Positions 46,251 to 59,879 of a stretch of 64,000 nt of DNA are shown one piece after another. The DNA comes from the human T2T-CHM13v2.0 reference genome, Homo sapiens: the NCBI RefSeq assembly GCF_009914755.1, contig NC_060935.1, one strand, 5' to 3'. Position 1 is the stretch's first letter, and every line of letters begins with the position of its first letter. The notes under the pieces were generated by a model that saw only the letters and a list, made by a program, of their open reading frames with translations, was not told where the DNA came from and made no database searches. A program made the position numbers and the translations under genes.

Positions 46251-47843
46251 TTTTTTAAGCAGCCTCAGCCTAACTTCAGGCAAAATAAACAATAGTCAGA
46301 ATGATGCAAACTGAGAAGTCACACCATAAGAGACTTCATCTCAACCTTTATTTAAAATAGCTCTTCTACTATATTTTCATGGTATTTGATATCTCAAAAT
46401 TAAACCTCCATTCTGGAATTTCAGCATAATGTCTCTTTTATTATTTTTCTCATTTTAGAGTTCCCATTTTATTCCTACCACTCCTCATAAACAGAGTGAA
46501 ATTAGATGGTGACAAGGTGCTGGATCATATCGAGATATCAGTCATAATCCCAAATATATATAGGTAGTGAGAAGAGATTCATCTATTCCTTTGGTTTCTC
46601 TCTCCTCCCAATGAAAAGGCAAAGCATCCATTTAATGAGTAGTGTTTTCTCCTTATGGGCTACTCTCCTTGCTAAACCTCTCTTCCCCTAAACCCACATT
46701 TAAAGTCCATGTCTCTAAGAGGTCTTTTTAGATCTAGCCTGTTCAGATCTGTTTTTTTTTCTTCTTTACCTTTGCTGCAAGATTTTCTCTGAGTCATGAA
46801 GAAATAAAAAGACTCTTCTAAGAATTCATCCACAAGATAGGTTTACCCCCGTCTGTAACCACTGGCATGCAAATTGAGGTAGTCTAGAACGTAATATTTT
46901 ATCTATTTTCCAGATTTTCATCAGTCTACAAAGCAACTTTGAAAACTTTTCCTCCATGGAGAAAATTCCCCACCACCACCCCCAAAACATTTTTTCTTTG
47001 CTTTGTCCACAGGAGTGTCCATGAAAACTTCCTAAATGTGACCTATCTTGGAAGGAAGGTCAAGAAGGTGGAGAGACACAAGCAATGCACAGAATATCAT
47101 GAGCACACACACACACACAGTCACTCAAAGGTACCAGAAAAATATACATTTTTACACTCTTATACTTACACACCCGGTATTTATAGGCACTATCTCATAC
47201 CCACACATACACACAAACTATCAAACACTCCCCTACTCACACAAAATACTATCATGCAACAACTTAGGAAGACTCATTGGTATTATGCAATATATTTCAA
47301 ATATTCTCTTATTTTTAAGCTCTCCTGAATAAATGTTTATACACACACAGTGTCACAAATGCATCAGCATTAACAAAACCACAATAATATCTCCACCAAT
47401 TATTTTACCATATACATACATATATGCTGACATACACAATACTGAAAATCCAGCTAAGATTGACAACTACATTGTTAAATGACTTCAGTCATTTGGTTCT
47501 GTAACTTTTCTCCAGCTGTACACACAAAAGTCAGGTATCAAAGGCAAACATTCAAATCGTAGGCTTTTAAATAAGAAGTATAAAATATCCTTGAGACAAA
47601 AATCTATAAATGATGCAGCAGTACCTTAACTCAGTGATATGTGGTTTGGTATTATGGTTTTGATTTAGATGGAAACCTGGCATCAGGTGTCTGTGATCCT
47701 GGAGTTTGGAAGGGGTCAGATTTGGCTCACATTTAGAAGGGGAGATATAAGGGTTAAAGGCTGCCTGGAATTTTGGCAAAAGTGTTAAAATTTAGAATAA
47801 AATCTAGATAAAGAGGTCAGGTGGGCAGTGTGAAGCAGGGAGC

Positions 47844-48100
47844 ACTCACTGGATGGAAGATGCTTTCCTTGTAGCTGGATATACTATGCTGTGGGTACAG
47901 CTGGCAGTGGCATCAGCTCATTCTCCTAAGACTTATAAATTTATGAGCCCTCCAGAACACCAAGTCTTGCTTGTGTGTGGTGGGAGGAGGGACCATGGAA
48001 ATAACTGGGAAGGTGGTATCAGTGAAGAGTGAGTTGGGCCATAAGAGAATTGCTCCCAGGAGAATATCTTTCTTGGCACAATTATCCCTGATGTAATCAT
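47844..48100 (-). promoter_or_regulatory. Candidate OR51I1 promoter and non-coding exon
   Basis: Minus-strand donor CCA|GTGAGT at 47849. aattgctcccaggaga (48048-48063) and caattatccctga (48079-48091) are homeodomain/O-E-like pairs. Confidence 0.35.
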
Positions 48101-49156
48101 CCATATCTATTAGTGTGTTAATCCTTCTTTGATCAGGGAATGTAAACACACTGCATACATGTATGCACAGAAACATAAATAGCCATAGCTCTCCTGAGAC
48201 CTTCACAGATACCCCCTTAGACCTATTTAACTATTTATTTACTAACATTCACATTGCCTCATTCAAATTTACATACATACAAACAGATAAATACAAATAT
48301 ACTCAGGCAATTGCCCAGTGCTCTAGTCACTAATTGTATGTATTGTCACATCAAACACACACTATAATCTATGTATTCGTACATTGATTATATAGACCAA
48401 TTTAAATTATAGACAAAACTTAGAAAAAGACTATGAAATAGAGACTTAAAGAAATGATCAAATATGTTTTAAATACATTTCCCTGCTTAAATAGCTAAAA
48501 ATATATATTGCAGATACATATTCACATTCTCATTAACAAGTCAATAAAATATCCAACAAATTCAGATCTCCATATTTATTCAGATTCATATGTGGAATTT
48601 AAGTGTGTTATGTATTTTTTGTACAAATGCATGCTAGCATCCATGTAACAAATTCCTTATGCAAGCACTCCTTTTACTCCATTACTATATGGAACCTAAA
48701 AATTATAATCAGTTTATTCCACCAACCAAACAGATAAAAACAGATTTTTGAGCAACATTTTAGTCTAGATATTATTATCAGCACTTATAGTATACAGACC
48801 AATAAAGACGCAGCACCTACCCTTGCAAAGAACATAAATATTTAAAAACTAATCCACCTAACAGGCTAAATGTACCTCCAAGCCCTATCTAGAAATATGT
48901 TATAAACATATTTCACAACAAAGCCAATGCATTTATCAAAACTTATCTAGTGTGCATGTAAGACTTGTGCAGTATATGTCTGAAAGAAATCAAAGAACTA
49001 TACAATGTATTGAACTACAAATAATAATATAACTGCTGAACTATTTATGGAGAAGTGTGTTGTTGTTACAACTTACTTTGAAATGCATCCAAAAGGTGAG
49101 CTGTATTGATAAACTAGTAGAAAGATGGATACATCAGAAGATAAATAAGAAATCAA

Positions 49157-49552
49157 ATGCAGCCATAAAAAATGCTGAGTTCATGTCCTTTGTAGGGACA
49201 TGGATGAAGCTGGAAACCATCATTCTCAGCAAACTATCGCAAGGACAAAAAACCAAACACCGCATGTTCTCACTCATAGGTGGGAATTGAACAATGAGAA
49301 CATTTGGACACAAGAAGGGGAACATCAGCCACTGGGGCCTGTTGTGGGGTGGGGGAGAGTGGAGGGATAGCATTAGGAGATACACCTAATGTAAATGATG
49401 AGTTAATGGGTGCAGCACACCAACATGGCACATGTATACATATGTAACAAACCTGCACTTTGTGCACATGTACCCTAGAACTTAAAGTATAATAAAAATA
49501 CATACATAAAAAAAGAAAGTAGAATAACTCTCATGAGGTAACCCAAAAAAAA
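49157..49552 (+). mobile_element. 5'-truncated L1 (L1PA5/6-like) with apparent short 3' transduction
   Basis: L1 3' end to about 49495, A-rich tail, 30 nt of non-L1 sequence, second A run. TSD AAGAAATCAA at 49147-49156 and 49553-49562. Confidence 0.9.
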
Positions 49553-50455
49553 AAGAAATCAAGGATAATAAAATATTCATGGTAGAATTTAGGTCATAAG
49601 TATACTGGTATACACTGTGAAATTCTTTCAAGTTTTCTGTGTTTGAAATTTTTCATAATAAAATGTTGGGAAATTTTTAATGAAAAAAGGATGAAGCAAG
49701 ACATAGTCTATTATGCCATGTTCAAAACACCAGTGAAAATTCAAACTAATACAAGTGATATCAATGTCCTTTAAACTAACCCCAAGCATCTTTTATATCA
49801 ACTCAGTATTTAGCATGTTATGGGATAAATTTTACGTATTTGACATAATTGATATTTTTATATGACTAAAGAAAAGAATCAAATTTTTCAGTTGAAGCTA
49901 TTTTGCCAAAGATTAACTACTTATGTTCAACAAATAAACATTCCCTGCCATGCCTATATCCCATTCTAGGGACATCTATTTCTTCCCCCACAGGACTCTC
50001 TGTCCAGTGGATGCCGCAGAAACATGCAGAGCCAACTATAATAGAGTGTGATCACTGCCTTCATGGCAGAACTGAACAGTGTTGTGAAGAAAAGAGGCAT
50101 TGATCCTACTTCAGTGCGTAAGGTTTTAGGGATATGGGGATATAAATCGTGTTTGATAGTGTACCTGCCAGAAGTAGTTCCCAGAGAAATCTGGGCATCT
50201 GGCTTTAAGGGAGAAGATCATTTTGTACAACAGAATCTCTACTCCCTAGAACTCTAAAACATCAATTACTTTCATCTTTCATGGACTACAACAAGTTGAT
50301 GCTTTGCATGGTGCTGACCATGAAAATGAAAGCCCCTAGGAGATCATGTATCTCACAATGATAATAATACAATAAGAATGAGGCTAACAAAATGTGCTTC
50401 TGTTCTGTACCAAGGCTAAGCCTGTTTACCCTCAAGTCCACTCCTGACTCTTTTG

Positions 50456-51480
50456 TGACTCTTTATATCACACCTATCCAATCATTACTTGAAGAATATG
50501 ATGGATACAGCTGGTTGGGAAGCATTGACAGATGCAAGGTATCTCTCACTCCACTCCCCTGCCTCAGACAGCGTCTCTAGTGTGAGCTGCATCTCTTCTA
50601 TGGTTCCAGCTTCCACTGGTTGGGCTCACTTTGGCTGTAGTTCTAGTAACCCCACCTTTGGCTTTCCAGTCTATAGGTGGTAGTAGCTTCCTGCTGTTAC
50701 AAATCTCTGGACTATGTTACTATCTGCTGGTCAGTTCCTCATTTCTTTTGAAATCTGTATAAATAATTTCCAGGATTAAATATATTCAGTTTTTTTGTAC
50801 TTATTATTATGTTATCACCGCTCAGTCTCAATCCCATATCTTCTATACCATTTTTTGTGATATTGGGATTGAGCCTCTGCAAACTGCATTCCTCCTTTGC
50901 CAACCAGCTCCCAAGATCTACAAATATGGGGCATTAGGAAGCTGGGGCAGGAAGAAGGAACTTGTACCCTACTTCCTTTCTGTGGCTCTTTCCCCAGTGG
51001 CACTTCTTCACCCAAGTACTAGTGGTCAATTCCAGTGGCCTTGGTTGGTTATATTTTGAAGCTTTCCAACACTTCTAGAACCAGCCTTACCATGCCCTCT
51101 TAAAGACCTCAGAATTAGCCAGATAAGTCTCCCCTCAACCCCCATCTCAGAAGAGTAAGTCCTAGTCATAGGGAACCTCTCTTCTGAATTCTTGAGACCC
51201 CAGAATCACCTAAACAGTGACCACTCCTCAAAGTCTGAGTTTCAGCTTTGCAGCACTCCTGTTTCAAATTTGTAAGGTTTAATTATGCCAAATTCCTACC
51301 TTTGTTCCTCTAGTCCTAGGCTTAGAAGCTATGTCCTCAAGTTGCTGCCTACAATGATACCTTCATATTCCCTTTTTGTCTTGTGTGTTCGCCAATATTT
51401 GGTTAACAATTCATTAATTTTTCTCAATTAAAAGAGCTGGTGTGTTTCTTATATTCTGACCAGACCATAACTGAACCCTA
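50456..51480. mobile_element. Old ERVL-type LTR fragments (LTR33/LTR16-like)
   Basis: ggtagtagcttcctgctgttac, ctgcaaactgcattcctcctttgcca, end ctgaccagaccataactga. Family uncertain. Confidence 0.45.
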
Positions 51481-53332
51481 ATTTTTGTTCCTAGGTTAGA
51501 TTGTGACTGATCCATGTGAAGCCAACAGAGTCACTTAATATGATCCACACCCAGTAGATGTTAATCTAAATGAATAAATTAACATTGATAAACGTACCTT
51601 TCTGCTCTGATAGCAACATTTAAGGAGAGACTATTGTTGCATTGAGGTAGGGCATTTGTTGTAAAAGCCTGACCATTTCTTGAATGGGGTACAAGCTAGA
51701 GAGAGATGGCACGGTGTTGTCTTATGTCCTATCCAAAAGACTGCAAGATTCCACAAGAGCAATCTAGGTTGTGGAAGGAGTTATAAGCAACCACACAGAA
51801 TAATGATATATTAGCTTAAACCAAGTGGAGAACAAGTAAAAAATGAGAAGAAGCTTCTAAGAATAACCTATGAAAGTAACTGTAAGAAAGAGTCAGCTTT
51901 ATACATTTAAGAGACCCAGTTAACATGACAACAACTAACTGCAGCACCAATTAATTGTGAACTTTCCATTCCCCCATCTGTCTGTTTCTGGGAGGAGAAG
52001 CCAAAAACCAGAGTTAGCACATGAAGGATGAAAGAAGAAGAAAGGATGTAGCTCTGAATGCTGGAAAGTTTGACTATTATTCTAGATTAAACCTTCTAGT
52101 TATTCACCAGAAGATATTTTATTATCTGAATGTGACCAGAAAATTTAAAGAACAGAGTTTTCATCCAGGAATAACAAAGAAGAACCAGCCCCACTCAATA
52201 TATTTAAAGAGACAAGAAGAGTAAAAATAGTCACTTTCTGATTGCACCTCAATTGATGGGCTTGGTCATCATCACATAAAGCCAGAATCTCTTAGGAGGT
52301 AATGAGCTCCTCTCTTACAGCGATTGCCTGTCTATCACTAGAAGATGTTTTGAGTGGAGCAGAGAATTGGTCTGACAGATTGCTAAGTTCTTTTTCAGCT
52401 AAAAGAGCACAGGCTTTATTCTCAGTAGTTATTATGGACCTCAGGAGACTAAAACCTCCCTGAAGAATTTTCAGACACAAAGTCAGCATCACTGCCCTCT
52501 ACCGCAGGGCCTGTCATGAGACATAAAAGTGGCAAGGATGAATTCACTTCAGCAGAGACAGGGAAGAACTTGTTCTGTGGGTGTCTCATCAGTCTCTCTT
52601 CTGGTGAGTTCTGAAACTCTATAGGAATAAGCCAGCTGATTCTCCTGAAGCCTGCTCCATGAAAGCATTAGACTGGGCAAGGGGTATGGTGAGGGGAAGT
52701 GGAAGAGACTGGTGGAGGGTATCTGATAGAAGCATCTTAGTAGAATGAGCAAAGGAGCAGGAAAGATCTCTGGACTTGGGGTTCTTGTTCTGGCACTGCC
52801 ATGTACTGATTGTATAACCCCAAGCGATTCATTGAGTCCTTACTTGCCATAATCAATTTCTCTGTGACTCCAAGTTTCAAAGGTCAAAGTTTCTGTGGCT
52901 CATTAACATTGCTGCAAATTCAGAGAGGGAAGCAGGACTCAGGATACAGGAACGGTTCGGGAATCTAGAAGGGAAGTGGTCACAACCTATCCCATGACGA
53001 ACAGCTGAAGCACATGTGGTTTAATTTTGCTCTTCCCTTATGAATTCAGTGATAACAAAATACGTAAAAATCTCCAGGATATTAAAAGGAGAAATCAGCT
53101 AAACTGTAGATGAACAATGAATAGCTGATAATTTTCATTCTTTATTATCCATGATACAGATTGAAAACTGTGGTCTTTAGACAGCCTTTCTGTACATTCC
53201 TCCAGCCTCTACCTTCTTTCTGCCCCCATAACAGCACCATAGCAAACTCTCACAGGCATTCTTTGCTTGATTAAAAAGTAAAATTAAGTAAAAGAACATC
53301 AAAGCCATAAAGGATCTCAGAGAATGTCCTTA

Positions 53333-53658
<326 letters not shown>

Positions 53659-54020
53659 TAAAAATAAGACATAGGTCTAAAAAAAGAAATAGATATTTCT
53701 ACGCTTATATAGCCAGTACCTTCCAGAGCCAGGGTCAGGACTCCTGACACCCTCAGGGTCCTTTCTTCTAAACCACCTGGTTCCTATATGGTTTCAGAAA
53801 TCTCAAGGTTCTAGTTCCAGGAATAGGAGAATTTGTGTTCGGCCTTGGAGACAGGTACTTTTGTGTAATTTTTTCTTATGTATCTGCCTTTAACCACTCA
53901 CTTTGTTTAGGGGTACCTGTGAAATCTTTGTTCAGAAATGCATTCCTCTATTTTCCTTTTAAACTTACTCTCCAATGCCTTAATGATACTTCGAAGACCT
54001 TGGTAAGAGAGAAGAGAGTC

Positions 54021-54186
54021 ACTGTTCAACTCCCGCTTATGAGTGAGAGCATGCGGTGTTTGGTTTTCTGTTCCTGTGTTAATTTGCTGAGGATGATGGC
54101 TTCCAGCCTCATCCATGTCCCTGCAAAGGACATGACCTGCATGCTCTGCACATGTATCCCAGAACTTAAAGTAAAAAAAAAAGAAA
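54021..54186. mobile_element. Twin-primed (5'-inverted) mini L1 insertion
   Basis: 54021-54136 is antisense L1 ORF2-end sequence, 54137-54172 is the sense L1 terminus, then poly(A). Perfect 16-bp TSD AAGAGAGAAGAGAGTC at 54005-54020 and 54187-54202. Confidence 0.92.
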
Positions 54187-55461
54187 AAGAGAGAAGAGAG
54201 TCTTAAAAGTCTTTAAATTAATGTTTTATCACCTGGTCTCCATAAACTGTGAGGAAAGCTCATCTCACTGGCTCTCAGTGTCCATATCTGTTAAGTATTA
54301 AACGAGAAAATAAATGTAAAGTTCCTTGCAGAGCAGCTGACATATCACATGCGTTCAATAAGTATTCATTTTCTTTCTCGGTATTACTTTATTCCTATCT
54401 GTCCAGACAACCCACAAAATTAGCAATCCCCAAGGTAAGGGAAGGGATATAATTCTGGAACAGTCAGGCAGTCTTTCTTCTACAAATACTAAAGCATAAG
54501 TCCCCAGACCCAGAATGGCTTTGGCCTTGCCCTGAACAAAATCCTGCTTTCAGCCTGTTTTCTTCTCCCTTCTCTTTCTGTTACTTTTACATTGGCTTGG
54601 TTCTCTTCTATGTACTGTGATTACTTTCTACAAGACTTTATATGAAGAATGAGAGTGTAGTCAAATGGGAGAAATAAGAGACAAACATCAGTTCTGGATC
54701 CCAAGTAATCAGAGTTCTTGAAGAGACACAAGCATATGCAGACGGAGCTCTAAGACCAGAAGGGACATATTCAGTGTAACACGGAGGGACAGCCACTGCC
54801 TTGCTGGAAACCATAGTACCTGTGAGTTATATATTGCTGGGGATATTTTTAAAATGCTTCCTGGGGTGACAATGCTTCATTGCACCCCATTCCACAACCT
54901 CTGTTACTTTTAGATACCTCATATGTTCCTGGGTCCCCTTTCTCCTTCATTCCCATCAGAAAGAACTCTGAGAGCATGGTCCGGTCTTGCTTTGTTAAAG
55001 GTTGGAGAGGAAAGAGAAAGGAAAAACAGCGGTATGTAATTCTGGGGTCCTTCTCTAAAATGAGGGTGCCCTATTAGCTTGAAATGTCTGCTTAGTGAAA
55101 AGCCTTCTAGCCTTCTGTATCCTCATCCACGATGAGGCAATGAACACAAAAGTGTGTCAAAAACAGAATAAACAATACAATCACTGTGACAGAGAAATGG
55201 CTGTAAGAAATAATATGTGAATGCCAGCATAAGAAAAATGGTAAATAAATACAAGCCATTAAGGGTTTAAAAAGTGCCTGTGTGGGTTAGTAGATTAATA
55301 TCAGTGGGCAGTCCCCAAGCATGTAGATAGAAGTGTTGTGTGAGTATACAAATCTATGTGTCTATGAGTGTGTATACATGTATAAATCCTGCATATATGT
55401 CAGTGCAGACTGAGAGTATGAGGACAGGATCTACATGTTAAATGGTATAAAGATCAAGAGG

Positions 55462-55765
55462 GGCCGGGCACGGTGGCTCACGCCTGTAATCCCAGCACTT
55501 TGGGAGGCCAAGGCAGGCGGATCACGAGGTCAGGAGATCGAGATCATCCTGGCTAACACGGTGAAACCCCGTCTCTACTAAAACTACAAAAAAAATTAGC
55601 CGGGCGTGGTGGCGGGTGCCTGTAGTCCCAACTACTCGGGAGGCTGAGGCAGAAGAATGGCGTGAACCCAGGAGGTGGAGTTGCAGTGAGCCGAGATTGC
55701 ACCACTGCACTCCAGCCTGGGCAAAAGAGCGAGACTCTGTCTCAAAAAAAAAAAAAAAAAAAAAA
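55462..55765 (+). mobile_element. AluY
   Basis: gatcacgaggtcaggagatcgag, tggctaacacggtg, gaatggcgtgaacc. TSD ATCAAGAGG at 55453-55461 and 55766-55774. Confidence 0.96.
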
Positions 55766-56721
55766 ATCAAGAGGGACTGTTTGAATATATTTGCACAACA
55801 AGAGCGACTTTACGAGATATGGAGGAGATATGGAGATATGGAGAGAGTATGTGAATGAGCGTCTTCTTAGACTATGAATGAGCTTTCTTACCACCTGTTG
55901 TGAAGGTACATTAATATGTCCTTGTGACTAATGGGTATTTTGAGAGTACATCTAACCATGTGATGGTATGTAAGTTTGTATTTGGAACAATGCTCTCCCA
56001 CACCGAATGCTAGTGTACCTATAGAATATTTAGGGACAAATACATAATTTTTCCAGAAACAGATACAGCCTTGTGCCTTTGCACAAAAATATGTTGTTTC
56101 TGTTGTTGCTTTTTTGCAGTAATTCTGCCAATGAAAAGCTCATGACTGCCTCTGGAGGCAGTCAATTACCTCCACAGCCCACTGTCCTTTTCCCTCTCCA
56201 TCCAAGCACACAACATGATACAAAACTTGCTCTGGGAAAGTCTCTCATTAATTTGTGATACATATGAATTAAGCAACATTTTCAAGAAAATATTTAAATA
56301 TTTCCAAGTGCTACTGATAACACAAACTCCTGACTTTCTTCTCTTGTGGCTATGAATTGTAGTTAGCATATTTCTATTGAATGATGCCTCCAAAATATAT
56401 GAAAGTTGTAGAAATGTAGTTTAAACATTTTCCTTTTAACTAATTTCTATTATTGAAGTATTTGTCAATGTCTTCCTTGTTCATAAAACAGAGGGAAATA
56501 TTAGCTCAGCCTGCAGGCTGATCATCATAAAATATGAAGAAAAGGAGTTTGCCTGCATCATCTCAAAAGCAGTGATTTCATGAATGCGTCAGTTTCCATT
56601 TATGTCAACATCATCGCTTTGTCTCTTATCTCCTGATTTCTTGTCCTCCAGCAAGTGCAACTGTTAGAATTCTCCAAGTCAGAAGATCTGACTCTGAAAA
56701 GTACCCTAAGTTTGTTTTGCT

Positions 56722-57662
56722 ATGGGGTTGTTCAATGTCACTCACCCTGCATTCTTCCTCCTGACTGGTATCCCTGGTCTGGAGAGCTCTCACTCCTGGC
56801 TGTCAGGGCCCCTCTGCGTGATGTATGCTGTGGCCCTTGGTGGAAATACAGTGATCCTGCAGGCTGTGCGAGTGGAGCCCAGCCTCCATGAGCCCATGTA
56901 CTACTTCCTGTCCATGTTGTCCTTCAGTGATGTGGCCATATCCATGGCCACACTGCCCACTGTACTCCGAACCTTCTGCCTCAATGCCCGCAACATCACT
57001 TTTGATGCCTGTCTAATTCAGATGTTTCTTATTCACTTCTTCTCCATGATGGAATCAGGTATTCTGCTGGCCATGAGTTTTGACCGCTATGTGGCCATTT
57101 GTGACCCCTTGCGCTATGCAACTGTGCTCACCACTGAAGTCATTGCTGCAATGGGTTTAGGTGCAGCTGCTCGAAGCTTCATCACCCTTTTCCCTCTTCC
57201 CTTTCTTATTAAGAGGCTGCCTATCTGCAGATCCAATGTTCTTTCTCACTCCTACTGCCTGCACCCAGACATGATGAGGCTTGCCTGTGCTGATATCAGT
57301 ATCAACAGCATCTATGGACTCTTTGTTCTTGTATCCACCTTTGGCATGGACCTGTTTTTTATCTTCCTCTCCTATGTGCTCATTCTGCGTTCTGTCATGG
57401 CCACTGCTTCCCGTGAGGAACGCCTCAAAGCTCTCACAACACATGTGTGTCACATATCCTGGCTGTACTTGCATTTTATGTGCCAATGATTGGGGTCTCC
57501 ACAGTGCACCGCTTTGGGAAGCATGTCCCATGCTACATACATGTCCTCATGTCAAATGTGTACCTATTTGTGCCTCCTGTGCTCAACCCTCTCATTTATA
57601 GTGCCAAGACAAAGGAAATCCGCCGAGCCATTTTCCGCATGTTTCACCACATCAAAATATGA
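56722..57662 (+). pseudogene. OR51I2: Olfactory receptor 51I2, frameshift allele (+2, CA duplication at codon 239)
   Basis: Canonical OR to RLKAL, then ctcACAaca at 57433-57441 shifts the frame, giving a 255-aa product. The native C-terminus ([12 protein letters not shown]...NPLIYS) lies in the 57447..57662 frame. Span is 941 = 939+2. Confidence 0.95.
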
Positions 57663-58782
57663 CTTTCACACTTGGCTTTAGAATCTGTTATTTTGGCCAT
57701 AGGCTCTCATCAGTAGCATCGTCATCATCATCATCAAAGTATAAGATAGATTGTGTGCTGCGGGAAAAGTAGGCCAGGAGATGGTGATGCAAAACTTATA
57801 ACACAAAACAAGGAGTTCCAAATGAATAGTACATTCACTAAATACCAACAGTATTCTTAGAAAGATAAATATTGGGGGCAATTGAGTAATTAGACAAGTT
57901 TTACAGAGGAAGACTAATTTAAGCTAGGAATTATTTTCTATAATAATGAATATTACTAATATAATAATTAACAAACTTAGTCCTAAAATGTATCAAGTAC
58001 TATTATAAATTATTTGTGTGTATTAATTCACTTAATATTCATACAAATCCTCTAAGACACAGAGAATTAAGTTAATTCTTCAGCCTAACACAGATAATAT
58101 GTGGTCCAGTTGACATTCAACACTAATCTCTCTCTAGTGTCAGTGCAGCACCCAACCGGTATAAATATGGCCTGACGGTCAAATTGGCATCATTTAACAT
58201 TACCATTGCTGCCTTTGCTTTCCCCACCACTGTCATTCTCAAACACTCATACATTGCTTTAACTTCACAAAGTGAAATCAGCTTAACTATTAGAACTCAC
58301 CATAAAATGTATGAACAAATGTGATCCAGGTAAACTGATAGATATTGCCATTTAGGAAAATCTCCAGATTCTTCTTTACTTCTTTTATCTGCCCACCACT
58401 CAATCCTTACCAACAGAAAACAATGTTCAATATCTGAAATATCTGACTCATAGAATTTTGGGGGAAAGGGGGAATTGTGGTAGGGGCACAATTTCTATTT
58501 CTCTTTCCTTCTTGAGATTTTAACTGTCTTCCACAAAATGACATGTTAAGAGATGTTAGAAATTAAGTCAGTCTAGGATTTCCAGTTGCAAAAAAAAAAA
58601 AAGCCTAGGATAGACAGACTAGAGCACTTATGGTTTAGATACCAGAAAATAATTCTTTCAGACCTTCTCATACGCTTCCCTTGATACCAGAGGTAGGATA
58701 TAGTAAGAAATTCCTTGGTGCTAATTTTGGTGCTGTCATACTAAGTTTAGATCTACTTGTAGATCAAAAGAGAGCGAGGGAT

Positions 58783-58900
58783 TGGGGGAGAAAGAAGGGG
58801 GGAGAGAGAGAGAGAGAAAGAGAAAGAGAGAGGAGAGAGAGAAAGAGAAAGAGAGAAAGAGAAAAAGAGAAAGAGAAAGAGAGAAAGAGAGAGAGAGAGA
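58783..58900. repeat. GA-rich polypurine simple repeat
   Basis: About 118 consecutive purines. Confidence 0.93.
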
Positions 58901-59879
58901 TGCACTAGGTAGTCTAACTTAACTCACCATGGAAACTCATCCAGAAACCACGTAGTAGCAAAGCATATTGTTATCTAGAGGTTTTTTCTCTTTGTATTGA
59001 GGAAATACCAACAAGAGAGAGAGTCAGAAAGAGGGAGCTATTTTAAAAATGAGATAATGTAAGTACTTGGGATTCAGATTTTTTTCAAAAATGTCTACAG
59101 GTACAATAAGACACCAATAATATATGTGTCCTGGCCCACTAAATAGATTGCTTTTAGAAGAATGTTTGGATAGCATAACTTAGTATGATTTCCAATGGAA
59201 AATTATTAGAATATTTAGTGGTTTAAAGTATGGTCTTCAGTCAATTTAAATAATAACTTTTCTGATTCATATTAGAAGCTCCTATTTCAACATGAAATAA
59301 TAATTTTAATGCTTTGATATTTTAGTTTCAAATATATACAACAAATACATAAATGCAAAGGCAAGGCTTAGGGAAGCCGCCAAATGAAAGTAAACTCTCA
59401 CTGATTCCTACCTCAGAAGCAGCGAGGGATACATTCTTTTGACCATAGGCCTTACTTAGAAACCCAATGGTGTAACATAGAAAGGGCAAGGAACAAGAAA
59501 ATATGAGCCTCCCAAAAAGCCTCTGGCTCCTTTGTACCTTAATTTCACCTTCCTTTTTTCAGCATTAATTAAAAGAGCTACTGATTTTCAGGTTCTAATG
59601 GAAAATGCACATTTATATTTTTCCCTCCCTCATGAGACAGATGCCATAAGAAAAATGTAGGGCCACTCCTGCAGCTCTAATCCTAAAAAGGTCTAAGCTA
59701 AGCCCTGTTTTTGTTTTTTTGACCTTGGGTTAAAAACTCTTTAACTTCTTTTTATTTAACATAATCTTTTTTGAACTCAACATTTTCCGCTATTGAAACA
59801 GCAAAAATACTTGAATTTTGGTCTAAAATAAAGGTAAAAATCAAACTTTGTTTTTGAATTCTTTGGTTACTTTTTCTTT

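Noticed and set aside
46939-47332. 129-aa and 94-aa H/T-rich ORFs
   Set aside because: CA-rich low-complexity sequence with non-ATG starts.
58681-58908. ER/K-rich ORF
   Set aside because: Translation of a GA microsatellite.
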